DNA of 64,000 nucleotides, taken from IMG/VR virus record IMGVR_UViG_3300044997_001199, positions 151,331-215,330 of that record; one strand, given 5' to 3'. Made by a program: the position numbers and the translations under genes. The notes under the pieces were generated by a model that saw only the letters and a program-made list of their open reading frames with translations, made no database searches and was not told the DNA's origin. Of the stretch, positions 28,530-38,396 are shown piece by piece. Positions within the stretch are counted from its first letter, which is position 1; each line of letters starts with the position of its first letter.

Positions 28530-29078
28530 ATTCATGTGAAGAGCGACCAACATGCTGTAACTGACCGCATGAGACTTTTTGAATACAAACCCGCGGCTAT
28601 CGTCGCCATTCCATACTTCAGCAAACACCTGGGGCCACGGTTGTCCTTGTAGATATGCCTTGCCGGGACGTATCACACTGATAAATGCAGCCATACGTTC
28701 AATGGAATCGGGGCGCATCTGGTCCAGAAGTTTGGTGTAGTTTCCGATGTGCACTAACTTTTCGGCCCAGACCGGGTCGGTCCAGAGTCGTGACCACGGC
28801 GGTATGCGTGTGAGCAATTGTTCATAGTGGTCTGTGTCACGTATCAGTTGGTAGACCGACATGTTGAGCAAATCAATTTTGAAGTAGCCTCGTTGATCGG
28901 CAGTTTCATAATCTATAGACGCACACCCCGACACTGGGTCTCGGGGAATACCAGTGACATAGATGCCCGAATTATGACGACAAGCGTCACCGAATCGGGT
29001 TTGTCGAGCCGGTATGTGTTTGATGAGTTTGAGAATTGCAGTGCGATCTGCAAGGTCAATGTCTATGTCAGCACTCAT
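28500..29078 (-). CDS. Minimal DNA polymerase III alpha (DnaE) catalytic-core fragment
   Basis: DIDIDLADR, HNSGIYV, YFKIDLL, IRPG, FKKSHAVSY in 192 aa. Confidence 0.8.
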   Translation of the reverse strand: MSADIDIDLADRTAILKLIKHIPARQTRFGDACRHNSGIYVTGIPRDPVSGCASIDYETADQRGYFKIDLLNMSVYQLIRDTDHYEQLLTRIPPWSRLWTDPVWAEKLVHIGNYTKLLDQMRPDSIERMAAFISVIRPGKAYLQGQPWPQVFAEVWNGDDSRGFVFKKSHAVSYSMLVALHMNLLNSTDQHD

Positions 29079-29112
29079 GTTGGTCTTTTGTCAAAGAAAC
29101 AGAATACCAATG

Positions 29113-30270
29113 TCATTGGCGTACAAAATTTGCAAGAATCTGATCGAATCTGATCACAGCTTGATAATCGCATTCGCAGGTCAAAAAGTTTAGTTTGTTT
29201 TGCTGAGTCATACATCGATACTGCTCACTGTCAAACACCTCCGGATTGTTGTGTAGCCAGGCAACTGCATGACTGAGTTGTTGATAGCGCACGTCGTGGT
29301 CTAGTATACCGTCAAATTTCTGCATTTCTTCAGGTAGCAAATTCCATGCAGTGTAAAAACCAATTTCATTGTATAAACGATTTATATTTGCCCCGGCCAC
29401 TGGCAGTGGTAGAGTTTCGGCATAAAAACATTTTAATGCCTTTTCTGTGATCGATAATTCATTGTTTTGCCAGCTTGTTTCGGGAAATATTACACAGGCA
29501 TGTTGAAAATACAAGGGCAAATGAAAATGACCCGGAGGTATTTTTCCAAAGCGATCGTCGATGCCCACAGAAACGGACTGGTCGTAGTAGGTGTTGGCGA
29601 AATCCTCGATCAATGAATGTGAGTATTTCTGATTGACCCATGTTCGGAATTTGGTATCTTCCGATGATTCCCAACAAGATTCTCCTATTTCACATATCTG
29701 CTCGGTCACACTGTTTTTTATAGTGATATCTAAATTCAACTGTGCTAGGTAATCCATAAACAATTGTCGCACAGTGCGATTGGCACCATTGATATAGAAC
29801 AAAGAATTTGTCTTTTCATCTGTGCGTTGTTTACACAAATCATAGTATTGTGGATAGAAATGTCTGGTCCAGTAGTCTCTGCAGGTCATTATTTCGTCAG
29901 GAAACCAGATGACTTTGTTTTTGATTTCAACCTCGTCAGACAGATAACTGTTGGCAATTAAAAATACATTGTTATGTTGTAGTAGATATTTTAGTGCCGG
30001 GCTGGACACGCTAAGTGGTTCACCTCTGTTACAGATCAATACGATATCATACTGTTGTATTTGCGCGTCCGTGATCGATAGTGTTTTACTGTTTTTTTCG
30101 AATAAAACGCTGAGATTGTAATCTTCTTTATTGAACTTAAATGCTGTGTCAGTTAAAAATGTATATTGATTGTTATTCTTGTAGCTTGCCCGAGATTGCT
30201 CATAGGCGTTCCATGCATCAAATAACTGGATTCCGATTGACGGTCGAGGATTATTAATAAGAATTTTCAC
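29113..30270 (-). CDS. Hypothetical protein, possible GT-B glycosyltransferase-like
   Basis: NGANR..R, IFPET, ITEKALKCF...LP, resembles the GT10-like E..TEK motif. Confidence 0.45.
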   Translation of the reverse strand: MKILINNPRPSIGIQLFDAWNAYEQSRASYKNNNQYTFLTDTAFKFNKEDYNLSVLFEKNSKTLSITDAQIQQYDIVLICNRGEPLSVSSPALKYLLQHNNVFLIANSYLSDEVEIKNKVIWFPDEIMTCRDYWTRHFYPQYYDLCKQRTDEKTNSLFYINGANRTVRQLFMDYLAQLNLDITIKNSVTEQICEIGESCWESSEDTKFRTWVNQKYSHSLIEDFANTYYDQSVSVGIDDRFGKIPPGHFHLPLYFQHACVIFPETSWQNNELSITEKALKCFYAETLPLPVAGANINRLYNEIGFYTAWNLLPEEMQKFDGILDHDVRYQQLSHAVAWLHNNPEVFDSEQYRCMTQQNKLNFLTCECDYQAVIRFDQILANFVRQ

Positions 30271-30271
30271 G

Positions 30272-30970
30272 TTACCATCCTGCTTTTTCTAGTAGGTCTT
30301 TGATTCTCTCTTGGTCGGATAGATAGTCGTGAAACTTTTTTTTCCAACTGTCCGATTCGATATAGGGCCATATCATGGCAAGTTGATCTGCTGTTAAATT
30401 TTCCAGAAACTGCTGACCTGACTTGCAGTTGTATATCACCCAGGGTGAAATACGACCCGAAACCACAGCATGACACAGTGTATGAACATTTCCGTATCGC
30501 AGGCAATGCTCGGCAGCGGCCTGATTTCGTTCGGCCCAATCAATGGCCCATTCCAGTGTACGTGCTAGTGCCTCCTCAGCAGATTCTTGTCGCAGATGCG
30601 TGACTAGATATTCTGTATATGCTGTATCGCTGGCCCAGCGATCGACTTTTTTGTTGTTCTTTAATAGCCAGGTCAGAAATTGTGCAGGAGCCACAGCGCG
30701 GGTATCCACACAATATCGACCCCATTTCACAAATGCTCGATAATACGGCGAATCCGCGAAATCGTCAAAGGTCCTTAGGCGATTAGATCCCTGTGACATC
30801 TGATAAAACTGCAAAAAGGCCTGGAACCCCAGCTGTACCCCGCGCTCGCCTTGTTCATGCCGCCGCCGCTTGGGCTCACACATGTGCACTGCCAGGCTGT
30901 TTTCTCGAGAGAATTCTTTACGACAATGATCACAACGAAATTTAATCGCTGTTTCCATGTTTTTTAACAT
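30272..30970 (-). CDS. Hypothetical protein with N-terminal C2H2/C2HC zinc finger
   Basis: FRCDHCRKEFSRENSLAVHMC. Confidence 0.65.
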   Translation of the reverse strand: MLKNMETAIKFRCDHCRKEFSRENSLAVHMCEPKRRRHEQGERGVQLGFQAFLQFYQMSQGSNRLRTFDDFADSPYYRAFVKWGRYCVDTRAVAPAQFLTWLLKNNKKVDRWASDTAYTEYLVTHLRQESAEEALARTLEWAIDWAERNQAAAEHCLRYGNVHTLCHAVVSGRISPWVIYNCKSGQQFLENLTADQLAMIWPYIESDSWKKKFHDYLSDQERIKDLLEKAGW

Positions 30971-31439
30971 AGTCGTTGATTTCCTGTTGTGTCACGATTT
31001 CATTCAGCAGATCAATTTCATCATCGCGACGATTGGGAAACAGTTCGCGCAGTTGTTTCCGCTTGGCAGAATCGGTGCGGTCTCGTTTTTTTGGTGCAAT
31101 CCAGGAGTGACGATGGACGCCCAGGTTTGGGCTGACCGAAGTGGCCATGAGCCACTGAAGTTTTTTGTGCCGTGCTGTGTTGACTGCAAAAAAATGTTGA
31201 TTCAATCTTTCGTTAGTGGCAATCACATAGAATTCCTGTAACTCTCGGGAACCCTCGACGGAGCTGCCCCAGCGTATCATGAGATATGGAGAAAACTTTT
31301 GACGTTCTTCATCACTAAGGCTGTCATAGAAACCACGATCTTTGAGATCAAGACAGCGCATTTCGTTGCCAATGTTGAGTTTATCGCTCGTCGGCTCACG
31401 TGGTTTTACAACGGAACTGCTTGTATTTTTTCTAGCCAT
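30942..31439 (-). CDS. Clamp loader small subunit (T4 gp62-like)
   Basis: FSPYLMIRWGS, NE.LN, HKKLQW, WI.PKK pattern; replication neighbourhood. Confidence 0.6.
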   Translation of the reverse strand: MARKNTSSSVVKPREPTSDKLNIGNEMRCLDLKDRGFYDSLSDEERQKFSPYLMIRWGSSVEGSRELQEFYVIATNERLNQHFFAVNTARHKKLQWLMATSVSPNLGVHRHSWIAPKKRDRTDSAKRKQLRELFPNRRDDEIDLLNEIVTQQEINDYVKKHGNSD

Positions 31440-32281
31440 TGCTTATGATAACATTCTATAAAGTCTTTGTCAAAATCATGCAGATCAATCCACTGATACA
31501 GAGATCGCATGGTATCTAGACATCGGTCAGCATTCAACAAACATTCTGCATCAAATTCAAACACTTCTCGATTTGTGCACACCTGGTCCAGATGCTGTTT
31601 TTCATTCTGTCGGTAACACCTGTCTGCGGCAGGATGCATGATATATCGAAATATATCACCGTGCCTCACAAATAACAGTTCTTTTTGTATGTTTGGATCT
31701 AGGTTACTAAACTCTTGCCAAGTGGTAGGGGCTGACATCGGCCAACTGGGATCGCGAACCGTTTGCCAAAATACATCGAATTCTTGCTGATTGTGTCTTA
31801 CTCCCCGAAACTCAAGGAATTGATCTGTATTGACAAATCTGACCACCCGGGCTTGATGCCAGACTCTTAGCGCAGCCTCTAGATGACCAGCATCATGAAA
31901 GTCCATGAACCAAACCAGAGTAGATCTAGACAGCTCGTGCATGCATTCGATCCAAGGCCAATATTGAGCTGTGTGTGGTCTTAGTCTTACATAGGTGTGC
32001 TCTTTTATCCCGGTTAGATTGACGGTGCCAAGGTGTAGGTCTTGCCAGCGACCATGTTCAGCTGCCAACCTTGTGAGCACTAGATTTTGTTTTTGTTGGG
32101 GCGTTAGATCATTAAAAAACTGTTGCCTTGCTAGAGAGTCATCCTGTAGCACTGCTCGTGCACTCACTGCTAGACAATTGATCACAAACTTGCCACCTGC
32201 TCCCCAGGGATACACCACAAACACAGCATGTGTGTTATCAAAGTTTATGCCGAGTCGGGGCCAATCTGAATAAACTACCAT
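31406..32281 (-). CDS. Hypothetical protein, sulfotransferase-like family; paralog of 50339..51169
   Basis: VVYPWGAGGKFVINCLAVS; DPSWP motif. Confidence 0.5.
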   Translation of the reverse strand: MVVYSDWPRLGINFDNTHAVFVVYPWGAGGKFVINCLAVSARAVLQDDSLARQQFFNDLTPQQKQNLVLTRLAAEHGRWQDLHLGTVNLTGIKEHTYVRLRPHTAQYWPWIECMHELSRSTLVWFMDFHDAGHLEAALRVWHQARVVRFVNTDQFLEFRGVRHNQQEFDVFWQTVRDPSWPMSAPTTWQEFSNLDPNIQKELLFVRHGDIFRYIMHPAADRCYRQNEKQHLDQVCTNREVFEFDAECLLNADRCLDTMRSLYQWIDLHDFDKDFIECYHKQWLEKIQAVPL

Positions 32282-32775
32282 GCTTTACGATAGTCTACAA
32301 TTTCACAGGTGCGAGAAATATCTTTTACAAAGTAGATACATTCGGGGTTAAAGTGGTTGGTAATGGGCACTGCCAGCAGTTGACCATTTTTGAGTTTGGG
32401 CGCGTACCAATTTACTTCGTGATACACATCCACTATCTCAATGTCTAAGAAACTGGGGCGAAATGAAGTCAGCGGGTTAAACTGAAATACGTTGAAGCCA
32501 CGATCATTGATCGAGGTCAATGGCAGTGCTTCAAGGTCCCCCACATCGGCGTCGCCGATCAAGACCTGCCAATCCATGGGCATACGTACTACGGCTTCGC
32601 CTATTCTGAGAACCAATGCAGGTGCATTGAAACTCTCGAGAAAGATCAGAGGTATGAAATAATAGTCAGGTTCTGTGGGATTGGAATTGTCCAGGATCGC
32701 AAATCGCATGTCATCGATTTCATCCGGCAAGTGATCTAAATCGTAAAACTGATTTTCTAGTGTCAATATTCGCAT
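32275..32775 (-). CDS. Hypothetical phage protein
   Basis: 166 aa ORF downstream of uvsW; IPLIFLESFNAPA. Confidence 0.65.
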   Translation of the reverse strand: MRILTLENQFYDLDHLPDEIDDMRFAILDNSNPTEPDYYFIPLIFLESFNAPALVLRIGEAVVRMPMDWQVLIGDADVGDLEALPLTSINDRGFNVFQFNPLTSFRPSFLDIEIVDVYHEVNWYAPKLKNGQLLAVPITNHFNPECIYFVKDISRTCEIVDYRKAW

Positions 32776-32817
32776 GTTGTTATTTTACAAGAACGTTGCC
32801 GATAACACAACAGTAGG

Positions 32818-34275
32818 TCATCTCCATTCTAGCCTTTCCTGTGAAAATGGATATTGTGCGTCGCGATAGTAGGCCTTGCGCTTGGTCAAATGTCGTTTGG
32901 CGAACCTACACGTGGAGGTTATATCCCAGATCTCCACGTGGTCCTTGTCTTCGGCTTTTCGAATACCGCGGCCAATCGACTGAATAACTCGGACAAAACT
33001 CTTGCCAGGCTCCACGAGCACAAGATTAAAAATACGAGGAATATTGATACCAACAGCAGCAACCCCATATGTAGCGACGATAATTTTGTCGCTAGCCTCT
33101 GAAACTTCGTCATAGTGATCTCGTCTTTCGGCTGATTTTGTAGACCCTGATATGAATACTGCGTTCGGTAATTTACTTACCAGAGCTTCGCCGGCGGCGA
33201 TTCGATCTACCAAGATCAGGGTATTGCCTGTGTTCTTGACCTTGTTGACCAAATCAGCAATGGCGTCGAGTCGGCCGGGTTCTTCGAGCAGATACTTGAG
33301 TTCGCTTTGATAGTTGGAAAATTCAACGGAATCCACCAGTTGCACGACATTGACATGACACTGTGCCAACACTCCGCGACCCTGCAGTTCGGCAGCGGCC
33401 AACCTGGACACCACTGGCCCCAGACTTACCAACAATGACTGACTCTCAAATGCTTCTTTGGGTATGGTGCCTGTGAGTCCCCAACGCATGGGCACTTGAC
33501 TCATCACCCCGGTGAGCAGGCTTTTGAGCGCGTCGGCCTTGGCCATGTGCACTTCGTCCACGATCACACAGATCACGTTTTCTAAAAATTCTTGTATGGT
33601 AATAAGTGCAGTCTGATTGCGTGTGTTTTTCAGCAACACATTGAGACTCTGCCAGGTGCAGATGGTATGTTGATGTCCAAACTCTTTGCGGTCACCAAAA
33701 AACACTCCTACGTCAAGGCCAAGATTACGATAATCTACCTCGGTCTGCGTGACCAGACTTTTGTTAGGAACGATCACGATGCTACGTCCGTACTGCCCTG
33801 CGGCATCACTTAGCGCAGCGGTCATGATGGTTTTGCCTGCACCTGTGGCCACTTCCTGCACACACTGCGGGTTAGCCAGAAAGTTGTTGATGATTTCAAT
33901 CTGATAATCGCGTAGTAATATGGCCTGACCTGCGGCAGGGTGTCCCTTGGGCCATGTCCGGTCTTGGTATGTGGTTTCAACTACTGAGTTAAATTCAAAA
34001 GTAGTGCGGTAGTTTCGTTGGTCGTCTAGTTCTATGTCGTACCCATCCTCTTCCAATATGGGCAGTATGTCGGGCAAGAGATTTACGTAGGTACTGCCGC
34101 CCAATTGAAAATAGGCTACCTTGCCATCCCAGCGTCCTAACCGCACTGCGGGCAAATAGCGGGCATATGGCACATCATATTTGAATCGATTGACCAACCG
34201 ACGACGCGTATCAAGGTCCAGACCTTCTAATTTGATGTTGACTTCGTCGCGGATAATCAGTTGAGCTTTTTTCAT
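32818..34275 (-). CDS. uvsW: SF2 helicase, UvsW-like
   Basis: RDYQ, ATGAGKT, DEVH, GLTGT, GINIP, QSIGRGIR; GRWDGK N-terminal motif. Confidence 0.9.
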   Translation of the reverse strand: MKKAQLIIRDEVNIKLEGLDLDTRRRLVNRFKYDVPYARYLPAVRLGRWDGKVAYFQLGGSTYVNLLPDILPILEEDGYDIELDDQRNYRTTFEFNSVVETTYQDRTWPKGHPAAGQAILLRDYQIEIINNFLANPQCVQEVATGAGKTIMTAALSDAAGQYGRSIVIVPNKSLVTQTEVDYRNLGLDVGVFFGDRKEFGHQHTICTWQSLNVLLKNTRNQTALITIQEFLENVICVIVDEVHMAKADALKSLLTGVMSQVPMRWGLTGTIPKEAFESQSLLVSLGPVVSRLAAAELQGRGVLAQCHVNVVQLVDSVEFSNYQSELKYLLEEPGRLDAIADLVNKVKNTGNTLILVDRIAAGEALVSKLPNAVFISGSTKSAERRDHYDEVSEASDKIIVATYGVAAVGINIPRIFNLVLVEPGKSFVRVIQSIGRGIRKAEDKDHVEIWDITSTCRFAKRHLTKRKAYYRDAQYPFSQERLEWR

Positions 34276-34301
34276 GTACTGAAGCTTAACATGATTTCCT
34301 T

Positions 34302-35186
34302 TTAGGCACGATCAATTTGGATTGTTTTAAGACACTGGTGTTGAGAAATCTGCCGGAATATCTCATCTTGTTCTGCAGATTGATCAAGTTTAGCTATAGT
34401 AATTCCACCTAGACTGAGACGTTTGGTGGGTTTTTCATATCCCAGCTTGGCGAAAAACTCCCTATGTTGAGCAAAATACTTCCAGATTCTTTGTTCAACC
34501 TCGGAATGCTGTTGAAAAGACTGGTCAGTGAATCTCACCGTAAAATCAAAACAATAATGACGCTGAGGAACAAAAGCATCTTCGCTTATCCATTGGTCGT
34601 CGTCGTGCCAGAGGTCGTATAAGTTTTTTCCAATTTCACAGTAATTTAATCTAAGATCTCCCCATTCTTCGTGTAAAGAAAAATGCTGATAATCCTCTGG
34701 CAGCAGTTCATCGCGATAGGGTTTGTGTTTCCAGGTGGCTACAAATCTTGGAATCCCCCCCAGCGTTTCATACCGATGTATCCAGATGTTAAGGTCTCCC
34801 AAGGCTACTTGTACCGGCACAGGGGCATTACGAAAAAATTCATTGTTGTCTTGCTGATCATACAATCCATGATACCGTTCAAAGATATGGTGCAGGTAAT
34901 TAAGGTCATCTCGGCTGAGAGTTTCACCTATGTCGCGGTCTATGATATCGGGCGAATAATCTCGGATTGTCGCCACGAGATGTTTTAAATGCTGGATTGT
35001 TTCTTTGTGACCATAACGACCGTGCGGAAAATTGTAAAATCTTAAGGAATCATCCCATGGTTGCCCGGCATCAATAAAATATTGGAGATGTTTGAGCCAA
35101 CGGTCGGCGATGCCAATGGGCAGAAGATCAAACCGTAAATCATAATTATCTATTCCGTTGGTAAGCGTGATAAGTACCTGAGTCAT
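34302..35186 (-). CDS. Hypothetical protein
   Basis: LNYLHHIFERYHG, LNIWIHRYE, LNYCEIGK; divergent from the radical SAM pair. Confidence 0.65.
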   Translation of the reverse strand: MTQVLITLTNGIDNYDLRFDLLPIGIADRWLKHLQYFIDAGQPWDDSLRFYNFPHGRYGHKETIQHLKHLVATIRDYSPDIIDRDIGETLSRDDLNYLHHIFERYHGLYDQQDNNEFFRNAPVPVQVALGDLNIWIHRYETLGGIPRFVATWKHKPYRDELLPEDYQHFSLHEEWGDLRLNYCEIGKNLYDLWHDDDQWISEDAFVPQRHYCFDFTVRFTDQSFQQHSEVEQRIWKYFAQHREFFAKLGYEKPTKRLSLGGITIAKLDQSAEQDEIFRQISQHQCLKTIQIDRA

Positions 35187-35781
35187 GCATACCTCTTTTG
35201 TTCAACTAAATTTGTCAGGATCATGGTGTAATGAATGGCCCACTCTCCGGGTTCGGGGCAATGAAACTATTTATTTTGACGGTAGTGTGATAGACAATAT
35301 CAGTATCGAGTTTTCAATGCCGTTGAATGCTCTGAACACGTTGGAAATTGAACATTACGGAAAGTCCTTCGGCGAAAACGGACGTTGGGATACGCTGGTC
35401 GAGGATGGTCAAATCACGCAGGACCGCGCTGTAAAAATCAATCACATCTGCCTGGACGAGGTAGATCTCATCGATTACCTATTTAAAAACTTTCCCATGA
35501 AAGTTGGTCAAGAAACCATTAGTACCGATTACATGGGCCACAACGGCGTCATTTCGATTGCATTTGAGTCTCCGGTGTACAATTGGATTATTAAAACTTT
35601 CGTGGCCCCAAAAGAAAGAAACAAACCCACTTTTGATCTGGTAGTAGAAACCAGCTTTGGCAACCTGTTTGATTATTCGCAGGACCTATTAGAGATAGAA
35701 GAAATTGAAAACATTCTGATCCAAAATGCACATCTCATTGATAAACCTTCCGCGATTCGAAATACACCGGCCGCCTCTTAG
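35185..35781 (+). CDS. Hypothetical protein (beta-rich), radical SAM partner
   Basis: 198 aa overlapping the radical SAM start. Confidence 0.6.
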   Translation: MHTSFVQLNLSGSWCNEWPTLRVRGNETIYFDGSVIDNISIEFSMPLNALNTLEIEHYGKSFGENGRWDTLVEDGQITQDRAVKINHICLDEVDLIDYLFKNFPMKVGQETISTDYMGHNGVISIAFESPVYNWIIKTFVAPKERNKPTFDLVVETSFGNLFDYSQDLLEIEEIENILIQNAHLIDKPSAIRNTPAAS

Positions 35782-37207
35782 TCTCGCAATACTCAGCGAG
35801 ATATGTAATCAAGAACAGGTCAAATACCGATGCCTAGATTTCAGTTTGGTTATATGGCAGGAATTGCCTCAAGATTTTGAAAAGATCGATACTTTTTGTA
35901 TTACCGGAGAAATTGACCCCGAGTGCCTCGACCGTTTGGTTAGGCTAATTGACGCTACTGTCAGCAATATTTTGGCACAAACCCCTGACACCATCTTTTC
36001 ATTGAGTCTTTTAAGCACGTGGAGTTGCCATATCTGTGAATTGTTCTGCAGCAGCGTAAAACGTCAAAGCCAGTGCGAAGTGCTGCTGGGCGGTCAAGGG
36101 TTGGCGTCGGAATCTTGGGTACAAAAACAAGTGTCTGAAAAAAAAGCGGACCATTTTCTCATCGGCGAAGGTGAGATTACTTTTCGTCGATTCCTACAGG
36201 GTGCAAGGTCTGGACCCGGTATCAACAACTTTGATTTCCAACAAGTGGATGACCTTGACCAACACTGTGTGATACCCGACTACCGGGGTCTACCGCTTGA
36301 ACAATACCCCTACTTGACTAGCCGTCCCGATTTGTTTATCACTGCCAGCCGCGGCTGTGTTCGTAATTGCGGCTACTGTGATATCGGGTACCTATGGAAA
36401 AAATATCGATATCGTAGCGCACAACACGTGGCCGAGGAGATGATAACTCAATACCAAAGGCATGGAATACGTGACTTTTTTTTCACCGACAGTCTAATCA
36501 ATGGTAGCATGAAGATGCTCAACGAACTTTGCGACAAGCTGATAGATTACCAAAGTAGAAATCCCATGGCTGATTTCAAATGGCGTGGGCAATATATTTT
36601 TCGCCCACGTGCCACAGTCACAGAGCAACACATAGAGAAGATGGCTGCAGCCGGGGTAACCTATCTAATTGTTGGGTTAGAAACTGGCAGTGACCGAGTG
36701 CGGTTTGACATGAATAAAAAACATACTACCGAGGATGCAGAATGGTTCCTCGAAATGTTTAAAAAATACGGTATACAATGTCGCTTGCTCATGCTTACCG
36801 GTTGGGTTACAGAGACATTGGAGGATCATACCGATACCATGATGTTGTTTCAACGGTGGCAAAAATACGTAGCCAGTGGTACTATCAGCGGTATCGAACT
36901 CGGTTCAACATTGACAATATTAGAACACAGTCCAATTGGCCAGCAGGTTTCCAACTTAGGACTAACTTTTATCAATGATAAATCTTATCTATGGTACAAT
37001 CCAGGAAATCCAGATCTCACAATCGGTGAACGGATGCGGCGGCGTATCGAGTTACACAAGGAGGCCATGCGCTATAATTGGCCTATTACCCGTAGTGCGT
37101 ATCGGTTAGGCACGATCAAGCGGAGTTTGCTCGAAGCAGTTGAGGCGTTGGAGCAAGGTCCGATCCAACACCGTAACAACTCAGTTTTTTCAATCAAATC
37201 AATTTGA
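35726..37207 (+). CDS. B12-binding-domain radical SAM protein
   Basis: PPLSLAIL, LLGG, IGEGE, SRGCVRNCGYC (CxxxCxxC), FTDS, GLETGS, GWVTET. Confidence 0.88.
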   Translation: MHISLINLPRFEIHRPPLSLAILSEICNQEQVKYRCLDFSLVIWQELPQDFEKIDTFCITGEIDPECLDRLVRLIDATVSNILAQTPDTIFSLSLLSTWSCHICELFCSSVKRQSQCEVLLGGQGLASESWVQKQVSEKKADHFLIGEGEITFRRFLQGARSGPGINNFDFQQVDDLDQHCVIPDYRGLPLEQYPYLTSRPDLFITASRGCVRNCGYCDIGYLWKKYRYRSAQHVAEEMITQYQRHGIRDFFFTDSLINGSMKMLNELCDKLIDYQSRNPMADFKWRGQYIFRPRATVTEQHIEKMAAAGVTYLIVGLETGSDRVRFDMNKKHTTEDAEWFLEMFKKYGIQCRLLMLTGWVTETLEDHTDTMMLFQRWQKYVASGTISGIELGSTLTILEHSPIGQQVSNLGLTFINDKSYLWYNPGNPDLTIGERMRRRIELHKEAMRYNWPITRSAYRLGTIKRSLLEAVEALEQGPIQHRNNSVFSIKSI

Positions 37208-37248
37208 ACCTCTGCAGGCAAATAGACTGGTTGCCCGCGTAACTAAAA

Positions 37249-38064
37249 TCAAGTGTGTTTCATGCAGGTAGTTTCCGCCATGCGCTGCCAGTTTTGCGGG
37301 AAACTTTTTCTAAGGTCAGCGATCTTGAGTGCCATGCGCAAGCTCAATTCGCGCACACGTTCCTGATTCACTGTCATAAAGTCTATGATTTCGTTCTGGG
37401 CTGCAGTGTCAAACTCGTAGTCCTTGAACAGTTCGCCGTCCTCTGCAATCTGGCGTATACGTAGCAGTTTGTCTCGTTGACTATCAAGAGTCAAATCAAG
37501 ATAATGGCAACGGCTTTGCAGAGCATCAAGGTGATCGCGCAGTTTTTGACTGCGTACACGATCAAACTTGAGATTGGTAATGAAGATTACCGACCCTTTG
37601 AATTCGAAGCGATCCGGGATACCTTCTCGGCGTAGGGTATGGCTTTCGCCCAACCAAGAAATAGTACGTTTTTTGCCCGAGTCCAGTGCACCCTTGAGAA
37701 GGTTCAAGGCCACATCGTCCAGGAGGATAGAATCACAGTCATCAAACACCACCATGGCGTTACGGTCCGAATACTTGTAGAGAGCTTGATAGAGACCAAT
37801 GGGAGTAGCAGACCCCTTGATCACTTCGCAGCGCAGACGTTTGCCCGAAAGCTGATCAAACAAGCAGGCCTTTTCCACTTCGACCTCGACACCAAAACTT
37901 TTACCCACGCCCGGAGGCCCGGACACGATGATAGCACGAATATTGCCCGAGATCGCAGCTTTGGTCATGGAATGCAGGATTTCAAACCTCTCACGTATAC
38001 GAGCCATGGCGTGTTCGTCGGTTTCAGGAACAACGAAAGCAACAGTATTGGGTTTCTTTTTCAC
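37249..38064 (-). CDS. P-loop AAA-type ATPase
   Basis: GPPGVGKS, VFDDCD, LLKGALD, FITN, ALQSR. Confidence 0.8.
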   Translation of the reverse strand: MKKKPNTVAFVVPETDEHAMARIRERFEILHSMTKAAISGNIRAIIVSGPPGVGKSFGVEVEVEKACLFDQLSGKRLRCEVIKGSATPIGLYQALYKYSDRNAMVVFDDCDSILLDDVALNLLKGALDSGKKRTISWLGESHTLRREGIPDRFEFKGSVIFITNLKFDRVRSQKLRDHLDALQSRCHYLDLTLDSQRDKLLRIRQIAEDGELFKDYEFDTAAQNEIIDFMTVNQERVRELSLRMALKIADLRKSFPQNWQRMAETTCMKHT

Positions 38065-38094
38065 GTCAAGATTCTGTGTTAGGTAACAGTGTGT

Positions 38095-38123
38095 ATTTTA
38101 GCGAAGCTGAGATTGTTGGTCAA
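38095..38123 (-). promoter_or_regulatory. Sigma70-type early promoter
   Basis: Minus strand TTGACC-N17-TAAAAT. Confidence 0.65.
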
Positions 38124-38362
38124 CCCAACAATCTAATCAAGGTGCCAGTCACGTATATACCCATCAATCCTAGATTGATCGTGACCAAGCTCCATTCTCG
38201 GATGCGAATACTCCAGACCACATAGATTGCACAGCCAACATTCAATAGATAGATGTTGAGCGGGTCTGCACCCAGAGACGTGGCCGTGGCACCGGCCAAT
38301 GTAATCACACAGGCTGTCCACCTTAACCACCAGTCTAAACTGGTCAAATCAGTTATATTCAA
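38120..38362 (-). CDS. Small three-TM membrane protein (PnuC-fragment-like)
   Basis: Three hydrophobic helices, PLNIYL, WSLVTIN. Confidence 0.55.
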   Translation of the reverse strand: MNITDLTSLDWWLRWTACVITLAGATATSLGADPLNIYLLNVGCAIYVVWSIRIREWSLVTINLGLMGIYVTGTLIRLLG

Positions 38363-38396
38363 AGTAGTTAAAGTTTACAGTATTAACTGTTGACGG

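Noticed and set aside
35726-37207. PqqE acting on the phage PqqA
   Set aside because: It has an N-terminal B12-binding domain and no C-terminal SPASM cysteine cluster, unlike PqqE
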